A DNA stretch of 63,364 nt from Luteitalea sp. (GTDB taxonomy: Bacteria; Acidobacteriota; Vicinamibacteria; Vicinamibacterales; CAVVIG01): positions 1 through 63,364 of the forward strand of contig WHSN01000005.1 of the NCBI GenBank assembly GCA_009380045.1, written 5' to 3'. The notes under the pieces were generated by a model. That model ran no database searches and had not been told where the DNA came from. It saw only the letters and a program-made list of their open reading frames with translations. This document shows, piece after piece, positions 24,856 to 35,025 of this stretch. A program made the position numbers and the translations under genes. Position 1 is the first letter of the stretch, and each line of letters begins with the position of its first letter.

Positions 24856-26607
24856 ATGGCGTGGGTTCAGCTCTACGATCCGCTCGGCAACCCGTGGCTC
24901 AGTACCATTGTGGCGGCGCTGCCGATCGTGCTGCTGCTCGGCGCTCTCGCCATCTTCGAAGTCCGCGCCCATCTGGCAGCCCTGTACGGGCTCGTGTCGG
25001 CGCTCGCGGTGGCGATCTTCGTGTTCGGCATGCCCGCGAGCACCGCGGCAGCCACGGCCGTCTACGGCGCCGCGTATGGCCTTCTGCCGATCGGCTGGAT
25101 CGTCTTCAACGCGGTCTTCCTGTACAACCTGACGGTGGCCACCGGCCAGTTCGAGGTCGTCAAAGCGTCGGTTGCCAATCTTTCCACCGACCGGCGCATC
25201 CAGGCGCTGTTGATCGCGTTCTCGTTCGGCGCCTTCATCGAAGGGGCATCGGGCTTCGGCACGCCGGTCGCCATCTGCTCGGCGCTCCTGATGGGGCTCG
25301 GGTTCACGCCGCTCTATGCCGCCGGCCTCTCGCTGATCGCGAACACGGCGCCAGTGGCCTTCGGCGCGATCGCCACGCCGATCATCACCCTCGCGGCGGT
25401 GACCGGCATTCCAGTCATGGCCATCAGCCAGATGGCCGGACGGCAGCTGCCCTTCGTGTCGTTGCTCGTGCCCGCATGGCTGGTCGTCACGATGAGCGGG
25501 TGGCGCGGCTTGCGCGGTGTCTTTCCGGCGGTGCTGGTGTGCGGCGGCGTATTCGCCGCGATTCAATTCGTCTGGAGCAACTACGTCGGTCCCGAGCTCG
25601 TCGACATCGTCGGTGGTCTCGGGTCACTCGGCGCGCTGGCGCTCTTCTGTCGCGTCTGGCGGCCGCAGGAAACATGGGACTTTCCGGAGACGGGGGCAGC
25701 TGGAATGACCCGCCGCGCACCGGGTGAAATGGTCGCCGCCAGGTTCAGCGGCGGCGCGGTGGTCCATGCCTGGATGCCCTGGGTGTTCCTGAGCATCATG
25801 GTGATCTTGTGGGGCATGGCGCCGGGCAAGGCGCTCCTCAATGGTGGCTTCAACGGGCTGGCACAGTATCGGGCGGGTCAGTCTCAGACAGCCAGCGGCG
25901 TCCTGGCTCCAACCTGGGACGTCCCGATGCTGCACCGGCTCGTGTTCCGCGACTTCCCGGTCGAAACCGTGCCGGTCGAGGAGGCGCGCATCGGCGATCC
26001 CCAGTACCGCGGCGTCCGGGCCGAGGCGGCGCGGTTCACACTGAACTGGCTCTCGGCCACCGGCACCGGCATCTTGATCGCCGCGCTGATCACGGCCCTG
26101 TATCTCCGTATCCCGTTCCGCCAGGTGCTCTCGATCGCCGCCATGACATCCCGCCGCATGCGGAATCCGCTGATCACGATCGCGCTGATGTTGTCGCTGG
26201 GATTCGTCACGCGCTATGGCGGCACCGACGCCACACTCGGCCTGGCGTTCACCCGCACCGGATGGCTCTATCCGTTCTTCGCGGCGTTGCTCGGCTGGCT
26301 CGGCGTGGCGCTCACGGGCTCGGATACCAGCTCGAACGTGCTGTTCGGCAGCCTGCAGAAGATCACCGCACAACAGCTCGGGCTCAATCCGTTGCTGATC
26401 GTCACCGCGAACAGCACCGGCGGTGTGATGGGCAAGATGATCGACGCTCAGAGCATCGTCGTCGCCACGGCATCGACCGGGCAGCAGGGCCAGGAAGGGC
26501 GCATCCTCCGGTTCGTCTTCTGGCACAGCGTCGCCCTGGCGGCGATCATGGGAATCATCGTCATGCTGCAGGCCTATGTGTTCGAATGGATGATTCCGGC
26601 GTACTGA
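24856..26607 (+). CDS. lctP: L-lactate permease (LctP family)
   Basis: 583 aa, polytopic. LLPIGWIVFNAVFLYNLTV..FSFGAFIEGASGFGTPVAI..LIANTAPVAFGAI are hallmark LctP segments. Confidence 0.92.
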   Translation: MAWVQLYDPLGNPWLSTIVAALPIVLLLGALAIFEVRAHLAALYGLVSALAVAIFVFGMPASTAAATAVYGAAYGLLPIGWIVFNAVFLYNLTVATGQFEVVKASVANLSTDRRIQALLIAFSFGAFIEGASGFGTPVAICSALLMGLGFTPLYAAGLSLIANTAPVAFGAIATPIITLAAVTGIPVMAISQMAGRQLPFVSLLVPAWLVVTMSGWRGLRGVFPAVLVCGGVFAAIQFVWSNYVGPELVDIVGGLGSLGALALFCRVWRPQETWDFPETGAAGMTRRAPGEMVAARFSGGAVVHAWMPWVFLSIMVILWGMAPGKALLNGGFNGLAQYRAGQSQTASGVLAPTWDVPMLHRLVFRDFPVETVPVEEARIGDPQYRGVRAEAARFTLNWLSATGTGILIAALITALYLRIPFRQVLSIAAMTSRRMRNPLITIALMLSLGFVTRYGGTDATLGLAFTRTGWLYPFFAALLGWLGVALTGSDTSSNVLFGSLQKITAQQLGLNPLLIVTANSTGGVMGKMIDAQSIVVATASTGQQGQEGRILRFVFWHSVALAAIMGIIVMLQAYVFEWMIPAY

Positions 26608-26993
26608 TTCCCGCCGAAGTCCGTCTCGACGTGTGGCTCGACGTGGCGTGCCTGTTCAAGACCCGTTCGGAAGCCCAGAAAGCCTGCAAGAACGGCAAGG
26701 TCGAGGTGAACGGTCAAGCGGCGAAGCCACATCGCACCGTCCGAGTCGGCGACGAGCTCGACATCGGGCGATCGTTCGGGCGGAAGCAGAAGGTGGTGAT
26801 TCGCGGGCTCGCCGACAGAAACGTGTCGAGAGCCGCCGCGCGCGCGCTTTACGAGGATCTCACGCCGGCGCCCACGCCTGAGGAGATCGAGCTCCGCAAG
26901 ATCGAACGGGTGTACCGCGCGGCGATCACGGCCGCGGGCACACCCGACAAGCGCGACCGCCGGGCGCGGCGAAAGCTCAAGGAGAACGGCTAG
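26586..26993 (+). CDS. S4-domain RNA-binding protein (Hsp15/YlmH-like)
   Basis: RLDVWLDVACLFKTRSEAQKACKNGKVEVNGQAAKPHRTVRVGDELDI is an S4 fold motif. The start is uncertain; ATG 26586 overlaps the lctP end. Confidence 0.7.
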   Translation: MDDSGVLIPAEVRLDVWLDVACLFKTRSEAQKACKNGKVEVNGQAAKPHRTVRVGDELDIGRSFGRKQKVVIRGLADRNVSRAAARALYEDLTPAPTPEEIELRKIERVYRAAITAAGTPDKRDRRARRKLKENG

Positions 26994-29065
26994 GGCCGGG
27001 TGATCTGATTCAGCTTGAGCATTGACCGCAAGACTTCCGCCACGCTCCATGCCTGCGAGATGCAGCCTCGGGGTGTGAACGGTGAATCGGCGTCGAATAT
27101 CTCACTGATCGACCCGATGCAGGCGTCGTCGAGATGCGCGGCGAAGCCGTCGAGCGCCTTCCGCGCCCGCGCCGGATCGTCGGGGTAGACGCGGAGCGAC
27201 GCGTCCACGTACGGGCCGACGAGCCAGGCCCAGACGGTGCCTTGATGATAGGCGGCGTCGCGCGCGCGGAGATCGCCGTAGTAGCGCGCCTTGAACTCGG
27301 GGGCGCCCGGGGCGAGTGAGCGCAGTCCGACGGGCGTCAGCAGCCGCTGCTCGACGGTGCGAAACACGGCGTCCCAATGCTCCCGCCTGAGCACCGGGTG
27401 CGGCAGCGCCAGCGCCAGCACCTGATTGGGACGACACCGCGAGTCGTTCCCGCGGCCGTCGCTGCCGCCGCCTTCCGCGTCAACGACGTCATACAGGTAG
27501 CCGCCCTGCGGGTACCAGAACCGCTCGTTGAACGAGCGCTCCGCCTGCTCCGCGCGGGTGCGATACACGCCCGCCTCGGGGTCGCCCCTCTCCCTCGCCC
27601 ACTGCTCCATGAGCCTCAGCGCGTTGAACCAGAGCGCGTTGATCTCGACCGGTTTGCCGCGTCTCGGCGTCACCACCCAGTCCTCGACCTTGGCGTCCAT
27701 CCACGTCAGCTGATACCCCTCCGCGCCTTGCGCCAGCAGGCCATCGCACGCGTCGACACCGATGCCAAAGTGCGTACCCCGGACGTGCGTCTCGACGATG
27801 GTCTTGAGCGTCGGATAGAGCGTGGCGAGCATGGAGACGTCGTTCGACGAAGCGATGTAGCGCGCGACCGCGTGAAAGAACCAGAGCGTGGCATCGGCGG
27901 TGTGATAGAGCCCTTCCTTCTCACCCTCGGGAAACATGTTCGGGATGAGGCCATCGCGGACGTAGTGTGCGAACGTCCGCAGGATGTATCCCGCCTCGAC
28001 CTGCCGGCCGGTGGCGAGGGTCACCCCTTCCAGGCTGATCATCGTGTCGCGGCCCCAGTCGGTGAACCAGTGGTAGCCGGCAATGACGGTGCGGACCTCG
28101 TCGCCCGACGCCCGCGCCCGCGCCGCTTCTTCCGTCCGTCCCGCGGGGGTGATGATGAATTGATCCGCCGCCAGGACAAGCTCCGCCGCAATCCCGTGGC
28201 GGGCGGCCGGATTCGCTTGCGCGATCAGGCGCCGGCGCCGCTCCAGTTCGGCGTCACGCGCCTGGACCGAGTCGAGCACGGTCATCGTCTCGAATGCCTC
28301 GGTCGAGGCCATGAGCGAGGCGGGCTTCCCGCCCGCCAGCACGAACCGGTAGTAACCGGGGCTCCACAGGTCGCCGTGCGCTTGATACCCGCGGCTCTCT
28401 TCGACCGGGTAGAGGACGCTGTCGATCCGCTTGCCCTTCAACGTGAACGTCGCGCGCTCGGCCGACAGCAGCAGCCGCAGCGGCGGCATGCCGCTGTCCT
28501 GCCAGGCGATTTCGCAGCGGTCGTCGATCGCGCGAAACTCGTACGGCCACCCGAGGGGCTCGCTGACCGACGACTCCTGCGCCCGGAAATTCACCGACGG
28601 ACGCAGCGCGAGCTCTACCAGATCCGCCCCGCCGAGCAGCTCGTAGATCACGTGCACCGTGTTCTGCATGTGGGTCAGGAACAGCCGTTTCTCGAGCACG
28701 ATCCCGTCGACGTCGTAGCGCCACACCGGCAGGCCGGACTCGAGCCGGAACTCGGTCAGCTGTCCTGTTTCGAGCGTGTCCGGGTTGGGTCCCGAGCGTT
28801 CCCGCCCACCAAGCTCGACCCGCCGTCCGTCCGGCCACCGCAACTGCTCCGCCACATGACTCAGCATGACGATGCGCCCGAGCGGGGCCGGCAGCGCGGC
28901 AATGAGCAGTCCGTGGTAACGGCGCGTGATCACGCCCGCCACTGTTCCGGACGCAAAGCCACCAAGGCCGTTGGTGACCAGCCACTCGCGGCCGGCGTTC
29001 ACTTCGGGATCGGACGGGTCAACGGGCCACGGAACGCGGCGCAGCGGCTCGGACATCTGGCTCAC
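26990..29065 (-). CDS. glycogen debranching enzyme (amylo-alpha-1,6-glucosidase family)
   Basis: N-terminal REWLVTNGLGGFASGTVAGVITRRYHGLLIAA plus the C-terminal (alpha/alpha)6 region WFTDWGRDTMISLEG..GLIPNMFPE..TADATLWF. Confidence 0.9.
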   Translation of the reverse strand: MSQMSEPLRRVPWPVDPSDPEVNAGREWLVTNGLGGFASGTVAGVITRRYHGLLIAALPAPLGRIVMLSHVAEQLRWPDGRRVELGGRERSGPNPDTLETGQLTEFRLESGLPVWRYDVDGIVLEKRLFLTHMQNTVHVIYELLGGADLVELALRPSVNFRAQESSVSEPLGWPYEFRAIDDRCEIAWQDSGMPPLRLLLSAERATFTLKGKRIDSVLYPVEESRGYQAHGDLWSPGYYRFVLAGGKPASLMASTEAFETMTVLDSVQARDAELERRRRLIAQANPAARHGIAAELVLAADQFIITPAGRTEEAARARASGDEVRTVIAGYHWFTDWGRDTMISLEGVTLATGRQVEAGYILRTFAHYVRDGLIPNMFPEGEKEGLYHTADATLWFFHAVARYIASSNDVSMLATLYPTLKTIVETHVRGTHFGIGVDACDGLLAQGAEGYQLTWMDAKVEDWVVTPRRGKPVEINALWFNALRLMEQWARERGDPEAGVYRTRAEQAERSFNERFWYPQGGYLYDVVDAEGGGSDGRGNDSRCRPNQVLALALPHPVLRREHWDAVFRTVEQRLLTPVGLRSLAPGAPEFKARYYGDLRARDAAYHQGTVWAWLVGPYVDASLRVYPDDPARARKALDGFAAHLDDACIGSISEIFDADSPFTPRGCISQAWSVAEVLRSMLKLNQITRP

Positions 29066-31002
29066 GCGGTGCGGCGGCGGAGAGAAATCCCCGCCGCCCG
29101 CTGCCTTTGAACCGGCGCCAGCACGATCGCGGTCTCACCCGGCAGGGACCACCGGCCCTCCGGCCAGATGTCTGGCGAGCCGAAACCACCGTACGCCGGC
29201 TCTTCGCTCGACCACGCCACGCGCCATTCGGACCCCGATGGCGGCGCCAGAAGCGGCTCGGCAAACGACGCTCGACGAAGTGCCCGGCCCAGGTTCACGA
29301 TCAGCACGCGATCCTGCTGCCCGCTCGAGAAGAATCGCAAGGCAAAGGCCAGCGACGACAGCACGGCGCCATCGGTGCTCCCCCGTCTCGACACGCGAAA
29401 CGCCGGCGTGTCGCGTCGCAGCCGCAGGAGATCCCGGTGGAGCGCGTACGCGTCGGCATGGCTGACGCGCTCGGAGAAGTCGAGCTTGCACCGCTCGAAG
29501 GTGCGGGCGTCGCCCGGGTCGTCCAGAGCTGCCACCGCCTCGAAGACCTTCAGGCTGGGGAACTGCGTCAGGAACTCGGCCCGTCCCTTCCGCACGCCGG
29601 CCATCAGGTCGGCGTCGAAGTCGGCGAAATACAGGAACGGCGCCGACGACGAGAACTCCTGTCCCTGGAACAGCATCGGCGTTGACGGCATCAGCAGCAG
29701 CAGTGCCGTCATCGCCCGCCAACGCGCGGCGCTGGTCAACTGATGACCGCGGAGCCCGCGAGCCGAATTCGCCACCTGATCGTGGTTCTGCAGGTAGGTG
29801 ACGAAATTGGCCGGCTCGAGATCCAGCCCCGGCGTCCCACTCGCGTTCCGTTGCCACTCGTAATGCTGCCCCTGGTACAGGTAGCCGTACTTGGCCGCCG
29901 ACACGAACTCCTGCGCGTCGCCGCAGGTATCGCCGTAATACGCCTCGGCGCGCCCGGTCAGCGCCACCATCGCGCTGTGGTGAAAGTCGTCGTTCCACAC
30001 CGCGTCGAACCCGTACCCGCCGTCCTGTTCGGGCCGAACCAGATGCGTGTGCTGTGGCTCGTTCTCGGCGACGACGAACGTGGCGCGGCCACGCGCCTTC
30101 AGGCGCACCGTCCTCCCGATTTCGAGCATCACGTGGGGTGTCGATCGATCGAAGACCTGCTGGGTGGCGTCGAGCCGCAGGCCATCCATGTGGTACTCGT
30201 CGATCCAATGCCCGGCGTTCCCGATGAAGAACTCCCGCACCGGCGCCGCGTGGTCGCCATCGAAGTTGAGGGCGTCGCCCCACTCGTTGTCGTAGCGGTC
30301 GGTAAAGTACGCGGGCGAGAAGGCGCGAAGGTAGTTGCCGACCGGACCGAGGTGGTTGTACACCACGTCGAGGATCACGCCGATGCCGACGGCGTGAGCG
30401 CGGTCCACGAACCGGCGCAGGTCGTCCGGTGTCCCGTACAGGTGTGACGGCGCGAACAGGTCCACACCGTCGTATCCCCAGCCGAATCTGCCATCGAACT
30501 CCGCCACCGGCATCAGTTCGACTACAGTGACGCCGATCGCGTGAAGCTCGCCAAGCTCACGCGCCGCGGCCTCCCACGTGCCCGCCTGCGTGAAGGTGCC
30601 GACGTGGAGCTCATAGATCACCTGCCCCTCGCGCGAGACGCCCTTCCATCCGCCGTCCGACCACGCGAACGAAGAAGGGTCGACGATCATCGATGCGCCG
30701 TGCGGACCATCAGGTTGAAAGCGGGAGGCCGGGTCCGGATACAGCCGATCGCTTCCATCGAGGCGGAAATGGTAGCGGTCGCCGACCCCTGCTTCGACCA
30801 GCCCTGAAAAGTACCCGTTTGCTTCGGGCGCCAGCGCCATGACGGACGCGCGATCCGGGAGGATCACGTCGACCGCCGCCGCCGCCGGCGCCCAGACCCG
30901 GCAATGCGACCGCGCGTCGGGAAGAATCTCGGCGCCGATCGGCAGACGGCGTTTCTCGAGCAGGGAAAGAGCGGCACGGTCAGCGACGACAGGGTCGGAC
31001 AT
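29062..31002 (-). CDS. treZ: malto-oligosyltrehalose trehalohydrolase
   Basis: VIYELHVGTFT..GVTVVELMPVAEF..WGYDGV..GIGVILDVVYNHLGP..GLRLDATQ are GH13 TreZ motifs. Start at ATG 31002 (MSDPVV). 4-nt overlap with the downstream debranching gene. Confidence 0.9.
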   Translation of the reverse strand: MSDPVVADRAALSLLEKRRLPIGAEILPDARSHCRVWAPAAAAVDVILPDRASVMALAPEANGYFSGLVEAGVGDRYHFRLDGSDRLYPDPASRFQPDGPHGASMIVDPSSFAWSDGGWKGVSREGQVIYELHVGTFTQAGTWEAAARELGELHAIGVTVVELMPVAEFDGRFGWGYDGVDLFAPSHLYGTPDDLRRFVDRAHAVGIGVILDVVYNHLGPVGNYLRAFSPAYFTDRYDNEWGDALNFDGDHAAPVREFFIGNAGHWIDEYHMDGLRLDATQQVFDRSTPHVMLEIGRTVRLKARGRATFVVAENEPQHTHLVRPEQDGGYGFDAVWNDDFHHSAMVALTGRAEAYYGDTCGDAQEFVSAAKYGYLYQGQHYEWQRNASGTPGLDLEPANFVTYLQNHDQVANSARGLRGHQLTSAARWRAMTALLLLMPSTPMLFQGQEFSSSAPFLYFADFDADLMAGVRKGRAEFLTQFPSLKVFEAVAALDDPGDARTFERCKLDFSERVSHADAYALHRDLLRLRRDTPAFRVSRRGSTDGAVLSSLAFALRFFSSGQQDRVLIVNLGRALRRASFAEPLLAPPSGSEWRVAWSSEEPAYGGFGSPDIWPEGRWSLPGETAIVLAPVQRQRAAGISLRRRTA

Positions 31003-31066
31003 AGGTTTCGGGCCCGAGGTGCACGAACAGTGCCGCATGAAGGGACGGTCCGGGCGCCCGTCAGCT

Positions 31067-33004
31067 CTACGGCACCGGCGTGGTGCTGTCGAGGAGCTCG
31101 CGGACGCGGCGGGCGAGCGCGCCCGACGTGAAAGGCTTCTGCAGAAACGACGCCCCTGGGCCAAGCTCGCGCTGCATGACCGCGTGATGGGTGAATCCCG
31201 ACATGAACAGCACTTTCAGGGACGGCCGCGCCTGCCGAATCCGCTCTGCCAGCTCGCGACCGGTCATGTGCGGCATCACGACGTCGGTGACCACGAGGTC
31301 GATGATCCCCTGATGGTGTTCGACGACGCGCAGGGCCTCGAGCGAGTCACGCGCTTCGAGCACCGCGTAACCGTGACGCCGCAGCGCCTCGGTGCCGAGC
31401 CTGCGCACCCCCTCCTCGTCCTCGACCACGAGCACGGTCTCCGAACCGGCATGCGCGCGCCCCTCCGGAGTGACGTCGCGGGCGAACGCCTCGTCGAGCG
31501 GTGGGAGATAGACCTTGAACACGGTTCCGTGGCCCGGTTCGCTGTACACCCAGATGTAACCGCCGCTCTGCTTCACGAGGCCGTAGACCGTCGCCAGACC
31601 AAGCCCCGTGCCCTTGCCCTGGCCCTTTGTCGTGAAGAACGGCTCGAAGACGCGCGCCCGTGTCAGGGCGTCCATCCCCTCGCCGGTATCGCTGACCGCG
31701 AGCATCACATACCGGCCGGGGATCACCGCCGGGTGTTTGCGAAGGTAAGCGCCGTCCAGCTCGGCGCTCGTGGTTTCGACGGTCAGCCGGCCTCCCTCGA
31801 GCATGGCATCGCAGGCGTTGACCGCAAGGTTGATCAGAATCTCCTCAATCGACGCCGGATCGGCGTTGATCACCGGCAGGTCCGGCTCCAGCGCCATCAC
31901 CAGACCGATGCCGTCGCCGAGGAGACGGCGGAGCGTCCCGTCCATGCCTTCAACCAGCGACGACAGCTCGATCGGCTGCGGCTGCAACATCTGCCGACGG
32001 CTGAAGGCCAGCAGCTGACGGGTCAGCGCCGCCGCGCGGTCGCCCGCCGAATGGATCTCTTCGAGGTCCGACCGCATGCCGGACTCCGCCGGAAGGTCCT
32101 CGAGCAGGAGGTTGCAGTAACCGAGGATCGCGGTCAGCAGATTGTTGAAGTCGTGCGCAATCCCGCCGGCGAGCCGGCCCACCGCCTCCATCTTCTGAAC
32201 CTGCCGAATCTGTTCCTCGAGCGCCTGCCGCACCGTGACATCCCGTGCGTTGATGACGAACGCGGCGACATCGGGGTCGCGGAGATGGTCCGCGACGACC
32301 CCCTCGATGGTGCGGTAGGTGCCATCCTGACGCCGGACCCGCATTTCCATCGGCCGCGATTCGCCCGCGGACAGACCCTGGGCGAACCGCGACGAGAGCA
32401 CGGCGAGGTCGTCTGGATGCAGCAGATCGAGCGCCCGCTTCCCGACCAGCGTTCCCCGTGCCCAGCCGACATCGCGTTCGGCAGACGGTGACGCGTAGGT
32501 GATTCGGCCGGCGGCGTCCACCAGCACCAGCAGGTCCGAGCTCTTTTCGACGAGCGTCCGGAACCGTGCCTCGCTGGCTCGAAGCGTGTCCTCGACGCGC
32601 CGACGATCGATCGCTTTGGCCGACAGCGCCGCGGCGTGTCTGACGGCATCGACGATCGAATCTCTGGTCAGGCTCGACTTGTGCCGGTAGTCGGCGGCCC
32701 CAGCCTTCATCGCCGCCACCGCCCGGTGCTCCGTGCCATGATCCGTCAGCATGACCACGGCGGTCTGGAGGCCGTGCTCGCGAGCCTCTCGCAGCAGCGC
32801 CAGACCATCGCTGGTGTCGAGCTCGTGGTCGACGAGCGCGACGTCGTAAGGAACCGCGAGCAAGGCGTCCAGCGCGGCGGCATATGAGAACGCGCAGTCG
32901 ACCTGCAGGTCATGGCCGCCATGGGACGACCGGATCAACGCGCTCACGCGCTCAGCGCCCTGCGGGTCGTCGTCCACCACGAGGATGCGTATCGGATTGG
33001 ACAT
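31067..33004 (-). CDS. hybrid sensor histidine kinase (REC-PAS-HisKA-HATPase-REC)
   Basis: MSNPIRILVVDDDP..ALVDHELDTSDG (REC). PAS (FRTLVEKSSDLLVLVDAAGRITYASPS). H-box GGIAHDFNNLL. G-boxes DTGEGM, GTGLGLATV. C-terminal REC (VLVVEDEE..VVTDVVMPHMTG). The 1057-aa track ORF is an upstream read-through artefact. Confidence 0.9.
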   Translation of the reverse strand: MSNPIRILVVDDDPQGAERVSALIRSSHGGHDLQVDCAFSYAAALDALLAVPYDVALVDHELDTSDGLALLREAREHGLQTAVVMLTDHGTEHRAVAAMKAGAADYRHKSSLTRDSIVDAVRHAAALSAKAIDRRRVEDTLRASEARFRTLVEKSSDLLVLVDAAGRITYASPSAERDVGWARGTLVGKRALDLLHPDDLAVLSSRFAQGLSAGESRPMEMRVRRQDGTYRTIEGVVADHLRDPDVAAFVINARDVTVRQALEEQIRQVQKMEAVGRLAGGIAHDFNNLLTAILGYCNLLLEDLPAESGMRSDLEEIHSAGDRAAALTRQLLAFSRRQMLQPQPIELSSLVEGMDGTLRRLLGDGIGLVMALEPDLPVINADPASIEEILINLAVNACDAMLEGGRLTVETTSAELDGAYLRKHPAVIPGRYVMLAVSDTGEGMDALTRARVFEPFFTTKGQGKGTGLGLATVYGLVKQSGGYIWVYSEPGHGTVFKVYLPPLDEAFARDVTPEGRAHAGSETVLVVEDEEGVRRLGTEALRRHGYAVLEARDSLEALRVVEHHQGIIDLVVTDVVMPHMTGRELAERIRQARPSLKVLFMSGFTHHAVMQRELGPGASFLQKPFTSGALARRVRELLDSTTPVP

Positions 33005-33012
33005 CTGCGACT

Positions 33013-35025
33013 TCAGCGAAAGACGCTGGCAATCCTCGTGCCGAGTGAGCGCAGCAGACCCTGAACCGCGCGAGCGGCACGCTGCTTCAGGCTGCCGCGG
33101 TGAATCGGACAGAGCCCGTCCGGAATGCGGTCGCCTTCCTTGAAATACTCGAGATAGGTCGGGCACTCCTCGACCGGCCGCTGGTACGAGACGCTGCACA
33201 ACTCTTCCGGCACCAGACCGCTCGGAACCTGAAACGCGGAGGCCGGAAGCGCCTTCGCGGTGCGTTTCATGAAGTCGGCCCAGATCGGCAGCGCGACCCG
33301 TGCGGCGTACGCGTCCCTGCCGATCGTCCTGGGTTGATCGAAGCCCACCCACACGGCCGCCACCACTGAATGCGAAAAGCCGACGAACCAGGCGTCCCGG
33401 TAGTCGTCGGTCGTCCCGGTCTTTCCCCCCACCGGTCCACGCACACCCAGCCGTCGCGCCGCAGATCCGGTTCCCCGATCCACGACATCCCGCAGGATGG
33501 TCACCATCTGGAATGCGACCGGCGGCGGCAGCACCCGCGTCCGCTTCACCGGGCGTGAAAACACTTCGCCGCCAGCGGCGTCCACGACCGAGATGATGCC
33601 GCGCGCCGCGACGGTCTCCCCGCCGCCAGGAAACATCGTGAAGGCGCTGGCCAGATCGAGCGGCGACACCAAGCCGGTTCCGAGCGCCAGCGACGGCACG
33701 TCCGGCAAGTCGCGCAGTCCGGCGTCCGAGGCGAGGCGCAGCACCGTCCGGGTGCCGACCTTCTGCTGCAGGGTCACCGCCGCCGCGTTGTTCGACTCGA
33801 GGAGCGCCGCGCGAAGCGTCAGCGCGTCGCTCTGTTCGAGCGCCGCGTTGCGCGGCATCCATTCCGGATCGCCCGGCGCCGGGACCTGCTGGAGGCCGGT
33901 GAGGATCGACACCGGCGAATCGCCCTGCGCGAGCGCCGCCGCGTAGACCAGCGGCTTGAACGCGGATCCGGGCTGCCGCCGGCCGCGCACCGCACGATTG
34001 AACGTGCTGCGCATGTAGTCGCTGCCGCCGACCAACGCGATGATATTGCCGTTGCGTGGATCGAGGGCGACGAACGCCGCCTCGAGCCCCGGCCGGTTCA
34101 GCCGCCGCATGCCCGAGACGACCGCGGCTTCGGCTGCCTCCTGAATCTCGCGATTGACTGTCGTCCGCACGCGCCAGTCGGGCGGATGGTCGCCGCCGAA
34201 CTGATTGCGGAATTGCTGCCGCAGGTAGTCTTTGGCCCAACCGCCCATCCCCTCCCGCGCCTGCCGGTACGGCTGGATACGGGGCCGCAGCGCCCGCGCC
34301 GCTGCCTCCTCGCCCGCGGTGATGAAGCCCTGCGACCGCATGCGCGCCAGAACCAGATGACTGCGCCGCAGCGCGCCGTCGTAGTTCGACCAGGGCGACA
34401 ATGCCGACGGCGCCCGGATGAGGCCGGCGATGACGGCGGCCTCGGCGAGGGTAATCGACTTCGCCGACTTGCGGAAGAGGTGTTGCGACATCGCCTCCAC
34501 GCCGTAGACACCGGCACTCAGGTAGATGCGGTTCAAATAGAGCTCGAGGATCTGCGGCTTCGAGAGCTCGACCTCGATCAGCAGCGCAATTGCCGCTTCC
34601 TTGGCCTTCCGCCCCAGGGTCCGGGCGTTGGACAGGAAAAGCGTGCGGGCGAGCTGCTGGGTGAGCGTGCTGCCACCTTCCACCCGCCCACCGGCCTGGA
34701 TGTCGCGCACGATGGCACGGCCGAGGCCGATCGGATCGATTCCGGGGTGGTAGTAGAAGCGGCGGTCCTCGACGGCGACCACTGCCCGCTGCAGATCCTG
34801 CGAGATGCTGTCGAGCGGCACGTCACGACGTTGCTCGTCGAGCCGGAACCACGGTCGTCCGTCGGCACTGAGAAAGACCGTGTCGCCCACGCCACGCGTC
34901 AGCCGATGCACGGCGAGGCCATGCCGCGACAGCCACCACACCGACATCGCACCGCCGATACCGAGGCTGAGCGTCAGAACGACCGCGAGCGCGTTCCAGA
35001 ACCGCCGCACCCGCGCCGGATTCAC
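33013..35025 (-). CDS. penicillin-binding protein 1A family (bifunctional transglycosylase/transpeptidase)
   Basis: GT51 motifs: AVVAVEDRRFYYHPGIDPIG, GGSTLTQQLAR. Transpeptidase motifs: SAFKP, KTGTT. GTG start at 35025. Confidence 0.92.
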   Translation of the reverse strand: MNPARVRRFWNALAVVLTLSLGIGGAMSVWWLSRHGLAVHRLTRGVGDTVFLSADGRPWFRLDEQRRDVPLDSISQDLQRAVVAVEDRRFYYHPGIDPIGLGRAIVRDIQAGGRVEGGSTLTQQLARTLFLSNARTLGRKAKEAAIALLIEVELSKPQILELYLNRIYLSAGVYGVEAMSQHLFRKSAKSITLAEAAVIAGLIRAPSALSPWSNYDGALRRSHLVLARMRSQGFITAGEEAAARALRPRIQPYRQAREGMGGWAKDYLRQQFRNQFGGDHPPDWRVRTTVNREIQEAAEAAVVSGMRRLNRPGLEAAFVALDPRNGNIIALVGGSDYMRSTFNRAVRGRRQPGSAFKPLVYAAALAQGDSPVSILTGLQQVPAPGDPEWMPRNAALEQSDALTLRAALLESNNAAAVTLQQKVGTRTVLRLASDAGLRDLPDVPSLALGTGLVSPLDLASAFTMFPGGGETVAARGIISVVDAAGGEVFSRPVKRTRVLPPPVAFQMVTILRDVVDRGTGSAARRLGVRGPVGGKTGTTDDYRDAWFVGFSHSVVAAVWVGFDQPRTIGRDAYAARVALPIWADFMKRTAKALPASAFQVPSGLVPEELCSVSYQRPVEECPTYLEYFKEGDRIPDGLCPIHRGSLKQRAARAVQGLLRSLGTRIASVFR

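Noticed and set aside
33005-34240. Upstream 412 codons of the 1057-aa ORF 31067..34240, which would extend the hybrid kinase
   Set aside because: That part overlaps the PBP1A gene in another frame and is Arg/Gly-rich. The kinase begins naturally at MSNPIRILVVDDD (33004), 8 nt after the PBP1A stop.
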